Origin: a virus | Taxonomy: Duplodnaviria; Caudoviricetes | Length of the DNA stretch: 64,000 nt | Strand: one strand, 5' to 3' | Virus record (IMG/VR): IMGVR_UViG_3300037067_004728 | Coordinates: 41,377 to 105,376 of that record | Part shown: piece by piece, positions 1 to 10,800 of the stretch | Position numbering within the stretch: position 1 is the stretch's first letter | How the letters are laid out: every line of letters begins with the position of its first letter | Program-made: the position numbers and the translations under genes | Notes under the pieces: generated by a model | What the model was told of the DNA's origin: nothing | The model's input: the letters and a program-made list of their open reading frames with translations, nothing else | Database searches by the model: none

Positions 1-13
1 AGCGTCCCCTGAA

Positions 14-760
14 TTGGATGGACGACAAGTTGGTACAGCCGGATGTGATAAAGCAGCGGAGTATATTATACAGCAATTAAAGGTATTTGGTTATACCCCA
101 GAAGAACAACCATTTACCATGCAACGAGTAACAGCAAAAAATGTAATTGCGGTGCGTAAAGGCAGCCTTGATACGGTAATTGTTGTAGGTGCCCATTATG
201 ACCACCTGGGACGCCGTGGTAATCGCTATTACCCTGGGGCCGATGATAATGCCTCTGGCACAGCAGCGGTTTTAGAGCTATCTAGGATGCTTAAAACGAG
301 TCGGCGAACCATTGTGTTTATACTATTCTCTGGGGAAGAGGATGGTTTATATGGTTCGACCTACTATGTAAAGCATCCTAAATATCCAAATGATAAAACG
401 ATATTTATGCTTAATCTTGATATGATTGGGTATTTACGGCGCGATACACAAGCCTACGTACCAGATGTTCATAAAATATTGAAAGAGTTGTATATCCAAT
501 ATCCGTGGGCACCGTCCATAGTTATTTTGGGTGGTACGGCCAGCGACCAAGAACCTTTTGCAGATATTGGCATACCAGTTGCTTTCTTACATACTGGTTT
601 GCATGGCAATTACCATAGAACAACCGATACACCAGATAAACTTAATTATAAAGGAATGGAGCAGATTGTACGCTTTTCGTATGATTTGATTAAAGCCCTT
701 GACACCCACGATTTACCAGACTACAATATTACAGGAGTAAAGTATGAGCCAGTCAAGTGA
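14..760 (+). CDS. M28 family zinc aminopeptidase (may be 5'-truncated at window edge)
   Basis: GAHYDH, GADDNASG, GEEDGLYGS, NLDMIG, SD and YH motifs of peptidase M28. Confidence 0.9.
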   Translation: MDGRQVGTAGCDKAAEYIIQQLKVFGYTPEEQPFTMQRVTAKNVIAVRKGSLDTVIVVGAHYDHLGRRGNRYYPGADDNASGTAAVLELSRMLKTSRRTIVFILFSGEEDGLYGSTYYVKHPKYPNDKTIFMLNLDMIGYLRRDTQAYVPDVHKILKELYIQYPWAPSIVILGGTASDQEPFADIGIPVAFLHTGLHGNYHRTTDTPDKLNYKGMEQIVRFSYDLIKALDTHDLPDYNITGVKYEPVK

Positions 761-997
761 AAGTCTAACTTTGAAGTATTATGGTTTAGAACGGGATTAT
801 GAAGGTAAGGGGGAGTGGATTGCTTGCGGTATTGTTGGCGCAACGTCTGATGTAACGTATTCCGAAGTACGAGAAGCACTTTCTATTTTGGAAAATTTTA
901 GAGTGCGCCCGATTGAGGACAAAAACGCATGGGCCGATGTATTCAAGGCCGGAAAAATTATTGAATTCAAAACTCTTTGTACGGCAATTTTGATTCT

Positions 998-1645
998 ATG
1001 TACCAAGTAATTTGTACGGACGCATTGACCTTATTAGATTCCATAGATTATGTCCGCATGATTTTTGTGGACCCGCCAGATACTACCAAACGCTCTGGTT
1101 ATATGCTGTGGTTAGCGGATATTATTGAAATGGCCGCAGCAAAATCCGATATATTCTGGTTGTCATACAATTCTAAATGGACTTTTGAAGTCGGGGCAGT
1201 TATTGCTAGTTTGTTGCATAGGTATGAAGGGCTACAAGCAAAGCCTTGTGTTCAAATCTATGAGGACAAGCATCGGCCACTTATTCGTATAACACAGTCA
1301 AATGTGGAATTATACCCCACACCTGATAATCAAACTTTAAGCGATGTATTTGTATACCCTCGCATTAGTGATACATTGATTGAACGCTGTGTGCGGCTTT
1401 GTTGCAAGCCGTATGATACGGTGGTCGATCCATTTGCAGGCAATGGGACGACTTTACGAGTATGCAAGCGCTTAGGAATATCTTGTACGACTGGTGATAT
1501 TGATCCAAATTATTGTAAGATGATTGCCGAGGAAAATGGATTACAACCTGCGATTACTAAATTTTGGCCAGCAGGTCGTTGGTATGGTGGAAAAGGAATA
1601 GGACTTGCCCATGCACCAAAGGAACTGACTAATGGACGAGAATAA
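998..1645 (+). CDS. N4/N6 (beta-class) DNA methyltransferase-like protein, degenerate
   Basis: FVDPPD (DPPY variant) near N-terminus and VVDPFAGNGTT SAM-binding motif; ATG at 998. Confidence 0.7.
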   Translation: MYQVICTDALTLLDSIDYVRMIFVDPPDTTKRSGYMLWLADIIEMAAAKSDIFWLSYNSKWTFEVGAVIASLLHRYEGLQAKPCVQIYEDKHRPLIRITQSNVELYPTPDNQTLSDVFVYPRISDTLIERCVRLCCKPYDTVVDPFAGNGTTLRVCKRLGISCTTGDIDPNYCKMIAEENGLQPAITKFWPAGRWYGGKGIGLAHAPKELTNGRE

Positions 1646-2452
1646 TATTCAGTTTGGCGACGGTGTGTGTTTGGACTGTGGATTATTTTGGTCGGAGGCA
1701 TTATGTAAAGATGAAGATGCAAGTATTTTAGAATGCTTACGATGTGGTAGTAAAAATTGTCGCTTTGATCCAGTTGAAGGTACTATAGAAGAATTATTTG
1801 GGCCATTTAATGATTAAAGACGAACAAATTGAAGGCTGGATAGTAGGATACGATGAATGTCGTATTTGTGGTTATACAGGTGTGTTTGTAGCACCTGCAA
1901 TTTGTGACCTTGATAATATGGAATGTGCCAATTGTGGTAATATGACATGCGAAATGATTGGAGACGAACATGGCAGACATTGTATGTGATTTTGGTGGCC
2001 GTCCTATTGAGCCGGGTGATGTGGTTGCGTACCCTGTGAGGCGTGGATCAGAAATGTGGCTTCGATCCCTACGAGTGTCACATATTGAAGTTATCCGTTC
2101 TACTCCACCAGTTTATCGAATTGCTGGTTCAAATGATTCAGGGCGTCCAGTCAAATTAGAAAATCCTGATAGATGTGTTATTCTAACAAAGGTGGTGAAA
2201 AATGCCGGGACCAGTAAGTGATGCGTATGATCCTGTGTGGGGTACAACAGATAATGCTAATGAAGTTAGACGCGCTATAAAAAGTGTGCGTGAAATGGTG
2301 TCGCATTTGATTGGCAGCGATCCACAATATATTTTAGATGTAATTCGTTATCAGAATAACAATGAAAATTTAAGGCATGTAACTTTAAGTGAACGCCAGT
2401 TACGTATTATTAGATTCTGTTTAAGTGTGGCTTTGAATGAGGAGGTTGTCTG

Positions 2453-2722
2453 ATGCCAACTTATGATTATACTTGTCAAGCATGTGGCGAAACTTTTACT
2501 GAAAATCAACGCTATGATGATCCTATGCCATCCTGTCCTAAATGTAAATCAAAAGATACATTACGACATTTTCCATGCCCGGCTGTGCATGTTTTTTATT
2601 CACCTTGCCATCCAAGGCATAATCGTGGAATGGTAGATCAAAAACCACCTAAGATTCAACCTCAATTTCGCAATGGTGTAGGCCCAAAGAAGAAAAGGCG
2701 CACTAAAAATGACAAAAACTGA
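2453..2722 (+). CDS. FmdB-family zinc ribbon protein
   Basis: MPTYDYTCQACG...CPKCKS pattern. Confidence 0.8.
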   Translation: MPTYDYTCQACGETFTENQRYDDPMPSCPKCKSKDTLRHFPCPAVHVFYSPCHPRHNRGMVDQKPPKIQPQFRNGVGPKKKRRTKNDKN

Positions 2723-3185
2723 AAAACGATTTATTAAAGCGAGTTTGCATGTTATAAAGTTATTGTTGATTGCAATTGCAATAGAAGTAGCCCTTCCATT
2801 TGCGGGTGGTATTTGGTATTCTAATTGTGGGGAGAGATATGTAGAGCAAGTTTGGCTAGACCGAGCAATTTTTCATTTGAAAATTTTGCGTAGGCGATGT
2901 ACCGACCCTGAATTGATTAGTGTTTTAGATTATACGATCAATCGGTATCATCATGTCGGCGGATTTGATGTAATGGTAGCTCCGTGCTTTTCTCCTGGTC
3001 GTGACTATAAAATAATAGGGCTTAATCAACCATATTGCCCCGGAGTTACAATTGATCCAGAAGTCATGTTTTACCCAATCCATGAAGGGGCTTTAGTTTT
3101 AGTTCACGAAGCACTACATGATTATTTTCCATATTGGGGTCATTCGCATGTTACACCCATTATGAAAAGGATTGAAGCGCTTTGA
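2709..3185 (+). CDS. membrane-anchored putative zinc metallopeptidase
   Basis: N-terminal TM segment; LVHEALH (HExxH) plus a downstream His. Confidence 0.45.
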   Translation: MTKTEKRFIKASLHVIKLLLIAIAIEVALPFAGGIWYSNCGERYVEQVWLDRAIFHLKILRRRCTDPELISVLDYTINRYHHVGGFDVMVAPCFSPGRDYKIIGLNQPYCPGVTIDPEVMFYPIHEGALVLVHEALHDYFPYWGHSHVTPIMKRIEAL

Positions 3186-3664
3186 CCAGCCTTGAATTTA
3201 AGTTGACGACTCGTTTTAACACAGAAAAATTGAGTCGTAAATTGAGAAAAGATTGGTTAAGTACCTGTCATCGGTATCGTATTACGTGGCGAAAACAATT
3301 TATGGGCGTGTCTGTATTGCCACGGTACTATGCCATGCGGCTTAATCGCCGACCTGATGGTACAACTTTTTGGGACTTTGCATTGGATAGCGAACGTCGT
3401 CCATATAAGACATTTAAAAGGGCGTATCAAGCATGTTGTAAGGCAGCGGGTATTCAACTCGAAGAAGAGTTACCTAAACGCCGAAAAAAGAAGGAAAAGA
3501 AATATACCATTACTATTTCTAAATCACAGCTTTTGTCGCACTCGCACGAGGATAACGGATGCGATATTTCAGCCGGTGTGCCAACTTTGGCACAAGATTT
3601 GCCCATTAAACGTAAACGTGGACGACCAAAGGGTAGTAAAAATAAGCCGAAAGATATAAAATGA
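3182..3664 (+). CDS. basic protein with C-terminal AT-hook
   Basis: KRKRGRPKGSKNK AT-hook motif. Confidence 0.5.
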   Translation: MTSLEFKLTTRFNTEKLSRKLRKDWLSTCHRYRITWRKQFMGVSVLPRYYAMRLNRRPDGTTFWDFALDSERRPYKTFKRAYQACCKAAGIQLEEELPKRRKKKEKKYTITISKSQLLSHSHEDNGCDISAGVPTLAQDLPIKRKRGRPKGSKNKPKDIK

Positions 3665-3788
3665 GCGATAATATTGTGCTTATACTTGGATTCCTAGTGA
3701 TTATAGTTGCAGGATTTTTGTGCGGCTATTTGATGTTTTCTATGCTTAAAATACTTTATGAATTGGCACTTATGCAGGTAGTTATTCC

Positions 3789-4445
3789 ATGAATTATACA
3801 AAAGAACAGATAGCCGCTGCGCTTGATTATGCTGTCTTAAAACCAACGGCAACTTTGGATGATGTTCAGCGGGCGTGTTTTTTAGCTCAGAGAGAACACT
3901 TCGCCTCAGTCTGTGTTCGGCCTTGCGATGTTCAATTTGCCGCCCAATTCTGTGATGTTCCAATTTCAACGGTTGTTGGTTTTCCACATGGAACTAATGC
4001 ACCAGAAATCAAACGATTAGAGGCGCAACAAGCAATACGCGACGGTGCCGAAGAACTTGATATTGTTATGAATTACTCTCGTCTTTTAGGAAAAGACTAT
4101 GCGTATGTTTATAATGAATTACTTTACATAACAGAACGACTGCCGTTGAAACCAATTATAAAGGTAATTTTGGAAACGTGTTATTTAACACCGGAGCAAA
4201 TTACCTCGGCATGTTTATACATTCAAAAAGTACCTCGCGCGTCGTTTGTTAAAACTTCAACAGGTTTTGGTTCAGGTGGGGCAACTTGTATGGCCGTTGA
4301 AATTATGGCTGAGGCAATAAAAACTTCAACACTACAAATAAAAGCAAGTGGTGGTATCAATACCTATCAAGATGTTTGCACCTTTTTAGACTTGGGGTGT
4401 ACTCGTTTAGGTTCGTCGAAATGGAGCGAATTGTTACCATGCTAA
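3789..4445 (+). CDS. deoC: deoxyribose-phosphate aldolase
   Basis: VVGFPHG, GAEELDIV, KVILET, FVKTSTGF, IKASGGI, RLGSS motifs. Confidence 0.95.
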   Translation: MNYTKEQIAAALDYAVLKPTATLDDVQRACFLAQREHFASVCVRPCDVQFAAQFCDVPISTVVGFPHGTNAPEIKRLEAQQAIRDGAEELDIVMNYSRLLGKDYAYVYNELLYITERLPLKPIIKVILETCYLTPEQITSACLYIQKVPRASFVKTSTGFGSGGATCMAVEIMAEAIKTSTLQIKASGGINTYQDVCTFLDLGCTRLGSSKWSELLPC

Positions 4446-5266
4446 ATGTACCACCCATTTATATCAATCTTGCAGACCAACTTCGATTAAAACAATGTCG
4501 ATATGGTCCAATGCTATTTCTTGCCAATGATAGATATATTGGCGGGGCTTTAGATAAATATGGAGAGTTTTCAGAAGGGGAAGTCCACTTGTTTAGGCAG
4601 CTTGTGCAACCAAACTGGACAGTTATGGATGTAGGAGCCAATCACGGAACTCATACAGTAGCCTTAGCTCAAATAGTTGGAGCTTTTGGTAGAGTTTATG
4701 CGTTTGAACCGCAACGGGTTCTATTTCAACTGGTATGTGCTAATCTTGCTTTGAATTCACTCGGAAATGTATATGCTTATTGTGGTGGTGTAGGCCGTGA
4801 ATTAGGCTTTCTTAATGTTCCGCAAGTTGATTATACACGCCCAAATAATTTTGGAGCCTTGGAAATGGGAGGCATTGGTGGAGATTCTGTGCCATTAGTT
4901 ACTATTGATTCCTTAACCTTACCACAATTGCATTTTGCGAAAATTGACGCCGAAGGTATGGAAGGTGATGTGATAATAGGTGCGACAGAAACAATTGCTA
5001 GGTATCGACCATTATTGTACATGGAAAATGATCGTGAAGATAAGTCCCCCGCACTTATCCAACAAATGTGGGACTTAGACTACGAATTATATTACCATAT
5101 TCCATTCTACTATAATCGGTACAATTTTTACGGAGTCGCCGAGAATATTTATGGAGGAACAATATCGGTTAATATGCTTTGTGTACCGAACGACAAGCCA
5201 ATAACAGTGCCTAATGAATGCCATCCAATAAAAAATGTAACTGACACTTGGAGAATTTGTGTATGA
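4439..5266 (+). CDS. FkbM family methyltransferase
   Basis: DVGANHG, AFEP, KIDAEGME motifs; ATG at 4439. Confidence 0.9.
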   Translation: MLNVPPIYINLADQLRLKQCRYGPMLFLANDRYIGGALDKYGEFSEGEVHLFRQLVQPNWTVMDVGANHGTHTVALAQIVGAFGRVYAFEPQRVLFQLVCANLALNSLGNVYAYCGGVGRELGFLNVPQVDYTRPNNFGALEMGGIGGDSVPLVTIDSLTLPQLHFAKIDAEGMEGDVIIGATETIARYRPLLYMENDREDKSPALIQQMWDLDYELYYHIPFYYNRYNFYGVAENIYGGTISVNMLCVPNDKPITVPNECHPIKNVTDTWRICV

Positions 5267-5829
5267 ACAGATTGTTTTATAATCGTGTTTATTTAGCTGG
5301 ACCAATTGACTTAGCGCCTGATTTTGGAGTTGGGTGGCGTATAAGAATTCAAGAGGACTTGAAAGATTTGAATTTAATTTTTCTTGATCCTTGTCATAAA
5401 CCAATGTTTCCTGGATATGAGTGTCCAGATTTGGAAGATCATGTAGCTCGACAGCGTTTGAAAGAACGGGGTGACTGGGAAACTTTATCGAAACAAATGC
5501 GTGAGATACGTTGCATCGACCTTCGATTATGTGATATTTGTGATTTTTCCATCGTGCATCTTGATATGAATGCCTACTCAACTGGTACAATGGAAGAATG
5601 GACAACTCTCAACCGACGTAAGGCACCAATTCTTTTGCACATGGAACAAGGTTTACGAGCCGTTCCCGATTGGTTACGCGGCGTCCTTCCACCAGAAATG
5701 ATGTTTGAACGCTGGTGTGATTTAACGGCGTATGTCAGACATATTGCTTATGATAGAGAAATTGATACATTAGGTCGATGGCGATTTTTTGATTGGTCAC
5801 GACTCTATAAGATTCCTCAAGCACAATGA
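5263..5829 (+). CDS. nucleoside 2-deoxyribosyltransferase-like protein
   Basis: VYLAGPI...WR...DP...D...STGTMEE signature. Confidence 0.75.
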   Translation: MNRLFYNRVYLAGPIDLAPDFGVGWRIRIQEDLKDLNLIFLDPCHKPMFPGYECPDLEDHVARQRLKERGDWETLSKQMREIRCIDLRLCDICDFSIVHLDMNAYSTGTMEEWTTLNRRKAPILLHMEQGLRAVPDWLRGVLPPEMMFERWCDLTAYVRHIAYDREIDTLGRWRFFDWSRLYKIPQAQ

Positions 5830-6194
5830 ATGAACCACATTATATTTGCGGCTCCTCCCTTAGCGGTCTTATCGTTAATAAAATACTGGGCGATAATCAA
5901 GTTAGTTTAACTTGTCATCGAAGTATAGCAGTTTCTACCCAACGTGGGGATTTAACGTCGCCTATTACTACTTCTGAGTGGTGGTTGTATTGGCAGCATG
6001 GCACCCTTCTTATTGGGGATATGCCAGAGTATGAAGCTCGTGAAGCCGCTGCGTTATTTGTATACCTCTATGGGCAGGGTATTCCTTATCCAATAGCCAG
6101 TGTAATCGCTATAGATGCGATAAACTGGCGTCTAAAATGCAAAAATCGTTGAGTATCTGCTTGACAACGATAAAATTCATGCTAAAGTTGTAGT

Positions 6195-6731
6195 ATGAAG
6201 ATACTCAAACGTCGTTTATCCAGTGGTTTCGTCAAGTATCCGAAAGATTTTGATAGGCGTATTATTGATGGAACCGCCCGGTTTCGTACAAAATGCGATA
6301 TGCTTGTCGGACCTTGTGCTTGTGGAGGCGTTCATCAAGAACATGACGATTGGGTCCAACAGCTATTAGGGGATAATGACGCTGTTATTGAGCCATTGAT
6401 GCTGGCCCCAGAAGAATCTGGAATCATACTCATCCCACGGTATTGGTTGAGGCCACGCGGCCACGAGCGTTGTACGGTATTGTCAGGACGATGTGCTTGT
6501 GGACGTAATCATACTGCCAACGAGCGCTGGGTTGTTGACTTGCTTGCGAGTCATGGGGCTAAACTTATTGGATGTAAAGAAGTAGATTTGCCGCCTGTAG
6601 GTGACGTGGCTAATGAAATAAACGAGTACGATGATGCTGGTGGAGCGACTATTGGATGCCCGTGCGAAAATTGTCAGCATCGTAGACAAAATGCTCGATT
6701 CGGGCGACGATTAAATCGGAGTCAGATTTAA
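6195..6731 (+). CDS. Cys/His-rich protein with duplicated CxxLxGxCACGxxH domain
   Basis: two internal repeats; sigma70 promoter at about 6161. Confidence 0.55.
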   Translation: MKILKRRLSSGFVKYPKDFDRRIIDGTARFRTKCDMLVGPCACGGVHQEHDDWVQQLLGDNDAVIEPLMLAPEESGIILIPRYWLRPRGHERCTVLSGRCACGRNHTANERWVVDLLASHGAKLIGCKEVDLPPVGDVANEINEYDDAGGATIGCPCENCQHRRQNARFGRRLNRSQI

Positions 6732-7019
6732 TGCGATTGCAAGAATTTATGGTTGAATATCCGCAAGATGTAAAGCGGATGAAAACACAAATTATTAGTA
6801 TGACAAAAATTTTCAGCGTTCTTGAAATGAAGGACGGTGAGGTTTTTGTAGAAACTGAGGATACGGATGAAGAAGGGGTTACTACTATTGAAGTATTACG
6901 TAGTAGGGATAGAACCCACTTCACGATAGTATGGCGTGAGCGTAAGGGGGTTGAGCATAATGAAATGCGATCATACCCCCGTGATAATCAATTCCCTCTT
7001 TTTAGTGTTGTAAGACTTA

Positions 7020-8324
7020 ATGCCAGTATTTAGTAGAACATATCGTCGCCCGGCAAACCATGATCCACGACCAGTTTTTATGCGCCCGGATGCAGAAATC
7101 CGTCGTGAAGATGTGGTCTTTGAAACCGTAGATCGACATTTTGATATTAGTTGGGATCAGCCAACCGATGAAGTAGCCCTTATTTTTGATCGTGACCACC
7201 CGGAAAACAGACCAATTATGTGCCGGGCTAGTGCAGGAGATTTTGCGGCGATTGAGCGAGAAATTTATCGGCTGATGGATGAAGAACGTGCCAATGAGGA
7301 CCGCCAACGCCATCATTCTTGGTTCCACGGCGTTGATGTGGGCCGTGATCCCCAGTTGATCGAACATACATTTTATGGCCCAGACTCTCATGCCGATCAA
7401 TTTCATAGAGAGTACATGGCAGAACCGCTTGAAGAAGTCCCTGCGGTTACTCCTGGTTTGATTGAAGAACAGGAACGTCGAGCTAGGGACGATTACCGAC
7501 GATTCATGGACAATTATATTGCCAATCGCCTTAATATACCATCGCCAACACAACCTGCCCCTAATGCTCAAAATCTAACGCCTGGGGCCGAAGTATTTTC
7601 GCATTGGGTGTCGGACGAATCCTCTAGTGTTAGCGGGTCGTTGGTACAGCAATTAGCTCGAATGGACCGTGATAGAGAGACTCAGAGGCAGCGAACACGT
7701 CGGAACCGTAATTATTTGACATGGATGCCATATAGTAGCTATCGTAAGTGTGCAGCTTGTTTTGAAGATTCTGATCTAAAGCACATGCGAGTTAATATAC
7801 TGCGAACATTACGATACCTTGAACGTAATTCTCGGCCAACACGGCACAAGGCGGTTGAACTGTGGCGCGGTTTTGAACAGTCACTAATTAGATATGGGAT
7901 TGCAATTGCCTTAGAATGTCGTCAAAGAGGTTTTAGTGACACGTCATTAGTTACCTTACGATCAAAGTACCGGCACGGCTATAGTCAAAAGCCGGATTGG
8001 GTTTATTGGACCGACTTACAAGAATCACATCGGGCCTATTTACTGTTACGTAATGAACGCCGATTTGCTGTTAAATTGTTAGGTCACTATGCTCGTCGAA
8101 CAGTAACAGAATGGTGTAGTCATCGAGATTTCTGTCACAATATTGGAATCCGTGCCAAGCGTGAGTGGACGGTAGATGATATAAACACTATTCGTCATGT
8201 TATGGGGGATGTTAGTGGCGGAAATATAAATCTTGTAAATGATAATTTTTATCGTCAGTATGGATGGACTCAAGAACCAACTGAGTCTTTCCGCTATCCA
8301 CAGGATAATTTATGCTCAGCATAG
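7020..8324 (+). CDS. protein with C-terminal pyrimidine-dimer DNA glycosylase (T4 endoV/Pyr_excise-like) domain
   Basis: TWMPY...H.AV.LWRG.E..L..YG...C..RG..D...P.W...SHR.YLL pattern in the C-terminal half. Confidence 0.6.
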   Translation: MPVFSRTYRRPANHDPRPVFMRPDAEIRREDVVFETVDRHFDISWDQPTDEVALIFDRDHPENRPIMCRASAGDFAAIEREIYRLMDEERANEDRQRHHSWFHGVDVGRDPQLIEHTFYGPDSHADQFHREYMAEPLEEVPAVTPGLIEEQERRARDDYRRFMDNYIANRLNIPSPTQPAPNAQNLTPGAEVFSHWVSDESSSVSGSLVQQLARMDRDRETQRQRTRRNRNYLTWMPYSSYRKCAACFEDSDLKHMRVNILRTLRYLERNSRPTRHKAVELWRGFEQSLIRYGIAIALECRQRGFSDTSLVTLRSKYRHGYSQKPDWVYWTDLQESHRAYLLLRNERRFAVKLLGHYARRTVTEWCSHRDFCHNIGIRAKREWTVDDINTIRHVMGDVSGGNINLVNDNFYRQYGWTQEPTESFRYPQDNLCSA

Positions 8325-8720
8325 GAATGTTAGTCGAGTTTATTAAAGACCTTCGCGGGATAGTCCCTGAACCTGCGAGAAGTGAAATTGCTCATCGGCT
8401 GGGGGATTTAATTTCAAATGTTTTAAGAAACGCCGATAATGATAATTACCGTCGGTGGGTGTCCGAAGATAGACTGCGATTTCTGCGGCATTGTGAGCTA
8501 GTCAATCTTGATCGTTGGGTGCCGGATGATTTATATATTGAACCTACGGTATTGGCTGAATTTTGCAATCGGTGGATGAGTTGCAATCTCTTCAAAATTC
8601 GTAATGACCCCTCAGCAGAGTGGAAGCCAATTACTCCCGAAATGAATGGATTACGTGTAACAATGATCGAGGAACTACGTTCACTTGACAAGGCGGGAAA
8701 ATAGTGTATAGTTATGGTAT

Positions 8721-9074
8721 ATGACTTTACCCGATTTAGTAACGCAGAAGTTAAGCGGGCTGTCCGCCCCAGCCGCTTACGATCTCTTAGCAGCCCTGGG
8801 ACATGCCAATGTGTTCATTTATTTACAGGGGCAGCTAGTGGTGGTGAAGGATTGGGTCAAGGACGACGAAGTGGCATGGTTGCCAGCGAACAACACACCA
8901 GAGACCACCTTCTGGGGAGGTCCACCAACCAAATTGGGGTACTACCAAGGGAACCTTTACATATTGTTACTGGACAGGATTTACGATTACTTATTAACAC
9001 ACACTTTGGGCGAACTCTATCAGACGATGGGGATAACGCCGAAGCAAAGGACATTTCAATGGTTGTCCGCGTAA
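8721..9074 (+). CDS. GGPP-family paralog 1
   Basis: LSA..A..LL...FWGGPP...GNL...D; promoter at about 8685. Confidence 0.7.
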   Translation: MTLPDLVTQKLSGLSAPAAYDLLAALGHANVFIYLQGQLVVVKDWVKDDEVAWLPANNTPETTFWGGPPTKLGYYQGNLYILLLDRIYDYLLTHTLGELYQTMGITPKQRTFQWLSA

Positions 9075-9415
9075 CAAATAAAAATCCGACACTATACACC
9101 GCCCTACGTGAGAAGCTAAGCAAATTATCGGCAGCCCGCGCGGTTAATTACCTAAATTATAGTTTTGATGCGGGCTTTGAAGAAATAGAAATCAACGGAG
9201 TTAAATCAACGCCAGTAGCATTGATGAGTGATTTGCCCGGATTGCAAACTGTATTGGCCTGTGAAGTTGCCCCTCTTTCATTTTGGGGTGGTCCCCCTGG
9301 GAAGCGAACTTGGTATGATGGCAGCCTTTTAACACTTCTAGCCGATCATATCATGCGAGCCGCCGATGCAGGCAATTTAGCATTGCTAGGGCGGTTTCTG
9401 AATCTAACAATATGA
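9059..9415 (+). CDS. GGPP-family paralog 2
   Basis: C-terminal part of ORF 8714-9415 from ATG 9059; FWGGPP..W..GSLLT. Confidence 0.65.
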   Translation: MVVRVTNKNPTLYTALREKLSKLSAARAVNYLNYSFDAGFEEIEINGVKSTPVALMSDLPGLQTVLACEVAPLSFWGGPPGKRTWYDGSLLTLLADHIMRAADAGNLALLGRFLNLTI

Positions 9416-9771
9416 AAAAGAATCATTTGAAACAGGCCGAAGCATTAGTCGGCCATTTTAAGCCGATTGACTTGGACTGTGCTTATACATTGGCGTATGC
9501 CCTGGGGCATCAAGATACAGATGTACTCTTAATGACACCCAATGTGCGAACAACAGTGCGCCAGATTTATGCAGGAACGGCCCCTGGCTGTCCTGCGGAT
9601 CGGATTCATATTCAATTTTATGGTGGTCCTGTGGGTCATGGGGCTTGGTATACTGGTACTATCTACAGTTTTATTTTAGATATTGTTGCCGCAAAGATTC
9701 AAATGGAAGGCTTTGAAAGGGTACGACAATTATTGAGACTAAGACGCCAATCTGGATGTCCGCCATTCTAG
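9412..9771 (+). CDS. GGPP-family paralog 3
   Basis: FYGGPV..WYTGTI. Confidence 0.7.
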   Translation: MKKNHLKQAEALVGHFKPIDLDCAYTLAYALGHQDTDVLLMTPNVRTTVRQIYAGTAPGCPADRIHIQFYGGPVGHGAWYTGTIYSFILDIVAAKIQMEGFERVRQLLRLRRQSGCPPF

Positions 9772-10118
9772 CAACTTTGTATTCATCGTTAGGTAATTTA
9801 ACGGTGATTCAATTTGTACAGAATATGCGTGAATTGAATTCTATGGATGATACATTGACTATTCCTGCTTTCAAAGGTAATGGTCGCTGTTCAGTTTGGG
9901 AATTAGGTACTGTTTCATTTGGATTGGCAAAAGCCCGAACTATTCCATGTCGTTTTTATGGTGGACCGCCACATAATAGAGCAATGTATACTGGAACACT
10001 ATTAACTATGTTTATTGATAGATTGCTTACAACTGCTTTAGAACGTAATTTCAATGTAATCGACAAATTCGTCCCCGCTGAAATCCCTGATGGCCCAGCA
10101 ATGGGTTGGATTGGTTGA
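9756..10118 (+). CDS. GGPP-family paralog 4
   Basis: FYGGPP..YTGTLLT. Confidence 0.7.
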   Translation: MSAILATLYSSLGNLTVIQFVQNMRELNSMDDTLTIPAFKGNGRCSVWELGTVSFGLAKARTIPCRFYGGPPHNRAMYTGTLLTMFIDRLLTTALERNFNVIDKFVPAEIPDGPAMGWIG

Positions 10119-10148
10119 CAATCTTCTTTTGTGTGCTATTATTAAGGT

Positions 10149-10496
10149 ATGGCGATTGACAGCAATCTTTTAAATGAACTTTCGGAAATAAGTGCAGAAG
10201 ATGCCATCGAATTACTTTGCACTGAATTTGGTTTGGGTCGCTCTTGGATAACCTTTGTCAATACTCATAATAGAGCGGAAGTCAAATCATTTTTAGGCGC
10301 GATTTATTTACGTGGTATAGCGGCGGCGGATGTTGGACCAATTGAATTTTGGGGTGGGCCTCCGACTCGAAAAGGGTATCAAAAAGGTACGCTATTAACT
10401 TATCTTTGTGACGCGATTCTTTTACACTGGGCAATCGAAGGTAATTACGCGGATATGGTTCAAGGAACACATGAAGATCAACTTTACGTTACTTAA
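10149..10496 (+). CDS. GGPP-family paralog 5
   Basis: ISA.DA..LL, FWGGPP..GTLLT. Confidence 0.7.
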   Translation: MAIDSNLLNELSEISAEDAIELLCTEFGLGRSWITFVNTHNRAEVKSFLGAIYLRGIAAADVGPIEFWGGPPTRKGYQKGTLLTYLCDAILLHWAIEGNYADMVQGTHEDQLYVT

Positions 10497-10800
10497 AAAC
10501 CGTTTTGGTGACATATCCGCATTAGATGCTCTTGAACTGCTTTGTTGGACCTTTGGAGCAGATAAGGCATATATAACCGTTGATGGTATGCGTATGCCAT
10601 TAGTCGATTTATATGATGATACTGGAATGTTTACTTGGAAAGCATCGGATGTTGACCTTCAATTTTATGGAGGACCGCCACCTGCAAAATGGTGGGATGG
10701 TACACTTTTAACTATGCTTCTGGATCATTTTCTCTATGCTTATTCTAAAAATGATTTGGTCAAGGTACATAAAGCCTTGAAAGTACATGCGACCGTTTGA
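10471..10800 (+). CDS. GGPP-family paralog 6
   Basis: ATG 10471; ISALDALELL, FYGGPP..WWDGTLLT. Confidence 0.7.
   Translation: MKINFTLLKNRFGDISALDALELLCWTFGADKAYITVDGMRMPLVDLYDDTGMFTWKASDVDLQFYGGPPPAKWWDGTLLTMLLDHFLYAYSKNDLVKVHKALKVHATV

Noticed and set aside
8714-9058. 5' half of ORF 8714-9415
   Set aside because: It overlaps the paralog 8721-9074 out of frame; homology begins only after ATG 9059.
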